Source: the human T2T-CHM13v2.0 reference genome, Homo sapiens. Taken from it: a stretch of DNA of 64,000 nucleotides. A program made the position numbers and the translations under genes. The stretch is taken from the NCBI RefSeq assembly GCF_009914755.1, contig NC_060940.1; one strand, given 5' to 3'. The notes under the pieces are model-generated. The model had not been told where the DNA came from and made no database searches. It saw nothing but the letters and a program-made list of their open reading frames with translations. Positions 56,701-64,000 of the stretch are shown here, one piece after another (the first letter of the stretch is position 1; each line of letters starts with the position of its first letter).

Positions 56701-59700
56701 CAAAGATTCCATTCAATTCCATTCGATGATGATTCCCTTAGATTCCATTCGATGATTCCACTTGATTCCATTTACGATGATTCCATTCGATTCCATGTGA
56801 TGAATCCATTCAATTCTATTCAATGATGTTTCCATTTGATTCCATTGGACCATGATTGCCTTTGATTCCATTCAATGATTCCATTCGGTTCCATTTGATG
56901 ATGATTCCGTTCGATTCCATTTCATTATTCCATTTGATTCCATTGGATGAGTCCATTCGATTACATTCGATGATTATTCCATTCGAGTGCATTAGATGAT
57001 TGCATTCGAGTCCATTCGATGATTCCATTCGATTCCATTCGATGTTGATTCTGTTCAAATCCATTCGATGATTCCACTCGATTCCATTAGATGACTCCAT
57101 TTGATCACATTCGATGATTTCCTGTGATTCCCTTTGATGATCATTCTATTTGATTCAATTCGGTGATTTCATTTCATTGCATTCAGTGATGTTTCCATTC
57201 GACTGTATTCGATGATGATTCCATTCGACTCCATTCGATTATGATTTCATTCAATTCCATTCAATAATGATTCCCTTCGAGTCCATTCGATGATTCCATT
57301 CGATTCCATTCAACGATGATTTGATTCGTTTCCATTCGATGATTCCATTTGATTCCACTTGATGATGATTCCATTCGAGTCTATTTATGTATTATATTCG
57401 TGTCCACTTCATGATTCCATTCAATTCCATTTAATGTTGATTCCATTTGATTCCATTTGATGATTCAGTTCGATTCCTTGCAATGATTCCCTACGATTCC
57501 TTTCTATGATGATTCCATTCGATTCCATTCATTGATGATTTCATTCGACTCCATTCGATGATGATTCCTTTCGATTCCATTTGACGATGTTTCCATTCGA
57601 GTCCATTCGATGATGATTCTATTCAATTCTGTTCTATTATGATTCCATTCGATTTCATTCAATGCTTCTATTTGATTCCATTCGATGATGATTCCATCTC
57701 TTTCCCTTCGATGATTCCATTTGATTCCATTCAGTGATGATTCCATTTGATTCCATCTGATGATGATTTCACTTTATTCCTTTCAATGATGATTCAATTC
57801 AAGTCCATTCGATGATTCCATTGGAGTCCAAACGATCATTCCGTTCGATTCCATTCAATGGTGATTCCATTCATGTCCATTCGATGAATCCATTCAATTC
57901 CATTCGATGATGACTCCATTCGAGTACATTCGATGATTCCATTTGATTCCATTTGAAGATGATTCCATTCAATTCCATTCGAAGACGATTCCATTCAATT
58001 CCATTCGATGATGATTCCGTATGAATCCATTCTCTGATTATTCCATTCGATTCCATTCATTGACGATTCCATTCAATTCCATTCAATGATGATTCTCTTC
58101 TATTCCATTCGATGATTCCGGTCGATTCCATTCGATGATGATTCCATTAGATTCCATTCGATTGTTGCATTCGATTCCCTTCGATGATGATTCCTTTGAA
58201 TTCCATTCGATTATCATTCCGTATGAATCCATTTGATGATTATTCCATTGGATTCCTTTCGATGATGATTCCATTCGATTCCATTTGATGATGTTTCTCT
58301 TGTATTCCATTGGATAATTCCTTTCAGTTCCCTTCGATGATTATTCTTTCGAGTCAATTCGATGATTCTATTCCATTCCCTTCGATGATGATTCCATTTC
58401 ACTCCATTTGATGATTCCATTCGACTCAATTTGGTGATGATTCAATTCGATGACATTCGATGACTCCATTCAATTTCATTTGATGATGATTGCATTCGAG
58501 TCCATTTGATGATTGTATTCCTTTCCTTTTGATGATTATTCCATTCGTGTCTATTCAAAGATTCCATTCTATTCCATTCAATGATGATTGCATTTGATTC
58601 CATTCAATGATTATGGCTATCGATTCCACTCGTTGATTCCATTTGATTCCGTTCGAGGATTATTCCGTTAGATTCCATTAGAAGATTCCATTCGATTTTA
58701 TTGAATGATTCCAATGGATTCCATTCAATGATGATTCCATTCGACTCCATTCAGTGATTCCATTCGAGTCCATTTGATGATTCCATTTTTTTCCATTTGA
58801 TGATGATTCCATTAGGGTCCATTCAATGATTCCATTCGAGTCCATTCGTTAACGCCTTTCGAGTCCTTTTGATCACTACATTCGAGTCCATTCAATGATT
58901 CTATTCGATTCCATTCGATGATGATTCCATTCGAGTTCATTCGATGATTGCATTCGAGTCCATTTGATGATTCCAAATGATTCCATTCGACAATGATTCC
59001 ATTCGTGTCCATTTGATGATTCCATTCATTTCCTATCGATGAAGATTCCGTTCAAGTGTATTCGATGATTCCATTCAAATCCATTCGATGATGATTCCAT
59101 TCCAGTCCATTCGATCATTCCACTTGATTCCATTTGATGACTATTCCATTCAAATCCATTTGATGATTCCATTCGATTCCATTCGATGTTACCATTCGAG
59201 TATATACGATGATTCCACTCGATTCCATTTGATGATTATTCCATTGGAGTCCACTTAGTGAATCCTTTAGATTCTACTCGAAGATGATTCCATTCGAGTC
59301 CATTCGATGATACCATTCAATTCCATTCGTTGATGCTTCCATTCAAGTGCATTCGATGATATCATTCGATTCCATTTGATGATAATTCCATTTGATTCCA
59401 TGCGATGATTCTATTCGATTCCATTCAATGATAATTCCATTCAATTCAGTGATTCCTCTGGACTCCATTTGATGATGATTCCATTCAATGATTCCATTCG
59501 ATTCTATTCGAAAATGATTCCATTTGAATCCATTTGATGATGATTCCATTGGATTCCATTTGATGATTCCATTCGATTCCATTCGATGATGATTCCATTC
59601 GATTCCATTTGATGATTCCATTCTATTGCATTCGATGATGATTCCATTCGATTCCATTCGATGATGATTGGATTCGATTCCATTTGATTCCATTCGATAA

Positions 59701-62700
59701 TGATTTCGATCAATTCCATTCGATGATTCCATTCGATTCCATTCGATAATGATTACATCCGAGTCCATTCGATGATTCCATTTGAGCCCGTTCGATAATT
59801 CCATTTGAGTCCAATCAATGATTCCATTCATTTCCATTCAATGATTCCATTCGAGTCCATTTGATCATTCCGGTAGGGTCCGTTCGATGTTGATTCCATT
59901 GGTGTGCATTCGATGATTCCATTCGAGTCCATTTTAGGATTTGATTCGAGTCCTTTCGATGATTCCATTCGATTCCACTCGATGATTTCATTCGAGTCCA
60001 TTCGACACTTCCAATCGATTCCATTTGATGTTTCCATTCGATTCCAATTGATGATTCCATTCAATTCCATTCGATGATGATTCCGTACGATTCCATTCTG
60101 TGATGATTCCATGTGATTGCATTCAATGATGATTCCTTTCGATTGCATTCGATTATGATTCATTTCGTGTTCATTCTATGGTTCCACAGGTTTCCATTCG
60201 ATGATGTTTCCATTCGTGTCCATTCCATTATTCCATTCTATTCCATTTGAAGATGATTCCATTCGATTCCATTCATTGGTGATTCCACTCAATTCCATTC
60301 AATGATTCCATTCCATTTCTTTCAACAATGATTCCATTAGTTTCTATTCGATGATCCACTTGATTCCATTTGACGATGATTCCATTCGTGTCCATTCGAT
60401 GATTCCATTTGATTCCATATGATGATGATTCCATTCGATTCCATATGATGATGATTCCATTCGAGTCCATTCAATGGTGATTCCATTCAATTCCATTCGA
60501 TGATTCCTTTTGATTCCATTCAATGATGATGGCATTCGATTCCTTTCGATCATTCCCTTTGATTCCATTCAAAGGTGATTTCATTCAAGTCCATTCGATA
60601 ATTGCATTCGATTCCATTCTATGATGATTCCATTCGAGTCCATTTGATGATTCCATTCAATTCAAGTCAATGATGATTCCATTCGATTCCACTCGATGAT
60701 TCCATTGGATTCCATTCGATGATGATTCCATTCAAATCCATTCGATAATTCAATTCAAGTCCATTCGATGATGATTCCAATCGAATCCATTCAAAGATTC
60801 CACTCAATTCCATTCGATGATGATTCCCTTAGATTCCATTCGATGATTCCACTTGATTCCATTTACGATGATTCCATTCGATTCCATGTGATGATTCCAT
60901 TCAATTCTATTCAATGATGTTTCCACTTGATTCCATTCGAACATGATTGCCTTTGATTCCATTCAATGATTCCATACGGTTCCATTTGATGATGATTCCA
61001 TTCGAGTGCATTAGATGATTCCATTCGAGTCCATTCGATGATTCCATTCGATTCCATTCGATGTTGATTCTGTTCAAATCCATTCGATGATTCCACTCGA
61101 TTCCATTCGATGACTCCATTTGATCCCATTCGATGATTTCCTTTGATTCCCTTTGATGATCATTCCATTTGATTCAATTCGGTGATTTCATTTGATTCCA
61201 TTCAGTGATGTTTCCATTCAACTCCTTTCGATGATGATTCCATTCGACTCCATTCGATTATGATTTCATTCAATTCCATTGGATAATGATTCCCTTCAAG
61301 TCCATTCGATGATTCCATTCGATTCCATTCAACGATGATTTGATTCGTGTCCATTCGATGATTACATTTGATTCCATTTGATGATGATTCCATTCGAGTC
61401 CCTTTGATGATTCCATTCAATTCCATTCTCCGATGAATTCTTTTGAGCCCATTCAATGCTTCCACTCGATTCCATATGATGATGACTCCATTTGATGAAA
61501 TTCCATGATGATTCCATTCGCTTGCATTCGATGATGATTCCACTTGAGTCCGTTAGAAGATTCTATTCAATTACATTCCATGACGATTCTGTTCGAGTCC
61601 ATTTGATGATTCCATTAGACTCCATTTGACGATGATTCCATTCGATGTTATTCGATGATGCTTCCATTCAACTCCATTCGATGTTTCCATTCGAGTTCAT
61701 TCTATTATTCCATTAGATTCCATTCGATGATGATTCCATTCGATTCCATTTGATGATTGCATTCTGTTTCATTTGATGATGATTCCATTCGAGTCCATTC
61801 GATGATTCCATTCGAGTCCATTTAATGAATCCATTGGTTTCAATTCTATGATGATTACATTGGATTCCATTCGTTGATGATTTCATTCGATTCCATTCAA
61901 TGATGATTCCATTCAATTCCATTCAATGATTCCATTCAATTCCATACGATGATGATTCCATTTGATTTGATTCGACAGTGAGCCATTCGATTCAATTCCA
62001 TGATGATTCTATTTGATTCAATTGGTTGACATTTCCATTCGATTCCATTCGATGATGATTCCATTTGATTCCATTCAAAGATGATTCCATTCTAGCCCAT
62101 TCAATCATTCCATTCGATTCTATTCAATGATGATTCCATTCATGTCGATTTGGTGATTCCATTTGACTTCATTTGATGATGATTCCTTTCAAGTTCATTA
62201 GATGATTCCATTCGATTCCATTTGATGATGATCCCATTCCAGTCCATTCAGTGATTCCACTCGTTTCCATTCCATGATGATTCCATTCCATTCCATTCAA
62301 TGACTCCATTCGATTCCGTTTGATGATGATTTCATTCGAGTCCATTTGATGATTCCATTTGATTCCATTCGATGATGATTACATTCGAGTCCATACGATG
62401 ATTCCACTCAATTCCATATGATGATGATTCCATTCGATTCCATTCGATGATTCCATTCTATTCTATTCAATGGTGATTCCATTCGAGTACATTAGATGAT
62501 TCCATTCGATTCCATTCAATGATGATTCTATTTGTGTCCCTTAGATGGTTCCACATGATTCCATTTCATGATGATACTATTTGAGCCCATCCAATGATTC
62601 CCTTCGTATCCATTCGATGAGGATTCCATTCGATTCAATTCATTGGTGATTCTATTCAATTCAATTCTTTGATTCCATTCCATTCCATTCGACAATGATT

Positions 62701-63705
62701 CCATTCGATTTCTTTCGATGATTCCACTCGATTCCACTTGACATTGATTCCATTCGATTCCATTCAATGATTCCGTTTGATTCCAGTGGATGATGATTGC
62801 CATCGATTCCATTCGATCACTCCATTCTATTCCATTTGATGATGATTACATTCGATTCCATTTGACGATTCCATCTGATTCTATTCGAGGATTCCATTTG
62901 ATTCCATTCGATGATGATTCCATTCGAGTGCATTCGATGATTTCATTCGAGTACATCCACTGATTCCATTCGAGTCCATTTGATGATTCCATTTAATTCC
63001 ATTTGATTATGATTCGACTAGAGTCCATTCAATGACTCCATTCGAATCCATTCAACAATTCCATTCGAGGCCATTCGATGATTCCATTTCATGATTCCAT
63101 TCGAGTCCATTTAATCATTACAGTCGAGTCCATTTGGTGATTCCACTGGATTTCTTTTGATAATGATACCATTCAATTACATTTGATGATGATCCCATTC
63201 AATTTCATTTGATGGTGATTCCATTAGAGTCCATTCGATGATTTCATTCGAGTCCCTTCAGTGATTCCATCCGATTTCATTTGATGATGACTCCATTCGA
63301 GTCCATTCGATGATTCCACTCGATTCCATCAGATGGTTCCATTGGAGTCCATTTGATTGTTCCATTCGATTCTATTCAATTCCTTTCGAAGATTATTCCA
63401 TTTGAGTCCATTCGATGATGATTCCATTCCATTCCATTCGATGATTCCGTTTGATTCCATTCGATGATTCCCTTCGATTCCTTTCTTTGATGATTCCATT
63501 CCATTCCATTCAATGATTCCATTCGAATCTATTCCATGATGATTCCTTTCGATTCCATTCGCTGATGTTTCCGTTCAATTCCATTCGATGATGATTCCAT
63601 TCGATTCCATTCATTGAGGATTCCATTTGATTCCATTCAATGATGATTCCGTTCTATTCCATTCAATGATTGCATTCAATTCCATTCAATGATTATCCCC
63701 TTAGA
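53759..63705 (+). repeat. Long variant unit 9 (9947 bp), sister copy of unit 7
   Basis: Marker at 53759 and 63706. Same architecture and shared indels as unit 7. It differs from unit 7 by -23 (~57375), +11 (~59041) and -13 (~59685). Confidence 0.92.
57378..59207 (+). repeat. ~1.8-kb HSat2 segment absent from the canonical 6.1-kb unit (copy 2)
   Basis: Same diagnostic words as 41278-43096 at an offset of ~16.1 kb. It retains GAAGATTCCGT (~59041), which is missing at ~42941. Confidence 0.9.
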
Positions 63706-64000
63706 GTAAACTCAACGATTCCATTCAATACCATTCGATGATGATTCCTTTTGAGTCCATTCAATGATTTCATTCAAGTCCATTTGATGATTCCTTTCAA
63801 TTCCATTCTATGATGATTCCATTCGAGTCCATTCGATGATTCCATTCGATTGCATTCGATGATTCCATTATATTCCATTCAACAATGATTCCATTCGAGT
63901 CCATTCGATGATTCCATTAGAGTACATTTAATGATTGCTTTGTTTTCAATTCGAAGATGATTACATTGGATTCCATTCTATGATACCATTCGATTCCATT

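Larger units (their letters stand above)
1..64000 (+). repeat. Human satellite 2 (HSat2/HSATII) tandem array, pericentromeric heterochromatin type; probably HSat2B with 6.1-kb period (16q11.2-like)
   Basis: The entire window is made of diverged CATTCGATTCCATTCGATGAT(GAT)TC 23/26-bp monomers with CATTCGAGTC variants and dense TCGA/GANTC sites. Pure (CATTC)n runs are only about 3 copies long, which argues against HSat3. Orientation is the same throughout. The subfamily and chromosome call rests on recalled 6.1-kb periodicity and is less certain (~0.65) than the family call. Confidence 0.97.

Noticed and set aside
59343-59837. Longest ORF (164 aa)
   Set aside because: It was created by a 13-bp deletion at ~59685 that fuses two satellite ORFs seen separately at 43232 and 43512.
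473-62812. About 150 short, mostly minus-strand ORFs (60-164 aa) rich in M/E/S/N/G/I/W/H/R
   Set aside because: They are direct translations of GAATG/GAATC/ATC repeats. The minus strand is stop-poor while the plus strand is full of TGA. The ORFs overlap in several frames, recur with the repeat period, and are broken by frameshifting indels. No recognisable domain is present.
1-64000. CRISPR-like array or repeat-protein gene system
   Set aside because: There is no invariant repeat with unique spacers, no leader and no cas or other genes. The sequence is contiguous diverged tandem repeat.
1-64000. HSat3, alpha satellite or telomeric repeat
   Set aside because: Pure CATTC runs are short and GATGAT-containing 23/26-mers dominate. 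I saw no 171-bp monomer and no TTAGGG tracts.
1-64000. Strand inversion or Alu/L1 insertion within the array
   Set aside because: No GAATG-rich stretch on the + strand and no non-satellite sequence was seen anywhere on reading through.

Overview
The whole 64 kb is one uninterrupted, single-orientation array of primate/human classical satellite 2 (HSat2/HSATII). CATTC is on the + strand, and the monomers are 23 or 26 bp, of the form CATTCGATTC + CATTC(GAT)2-3TC, with frequent TCGA and GANTC sites. I see no gene, RNA gene, transposon, CRISPR array or inversion. All ORFs in the track are translations of the satellite. I found no evidence of a new protein-coding system; the notable content is higher-order structure. 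A once-per-unit marker (GTAAACTCAACG) occurs at 201, 6313, 12425, 19395, 25507, 31596, 37636, 47608, 53759 and 63706. This gives unit lengths of 6112, 6112, 6970, 6112, 6089, 6040, 9972, 6151 and 9947 bp. A ~6.1-kb period is what I recall for the HSat2B array at human 16q11.2, but that assignment is from memory and not verified. The left half consists of homogeneous 6.1-kb units, with a complex +858 bp (2 x 429) rearrangement and a recent 6089-bp tandem duplication. The right half is a ~16.1-kb super-repeat (6.1-kb unit + ~10-kb unit). Each ~10-kb unit carries a ~1.8-kb HSat2 segment absent from the 6.1-kb unit, flanked by ~2.3-kb direct repeats. All coordinates were read by eye and cross-checked against ORF-track offsets, and breakpoints are uncertain within microhomologies.
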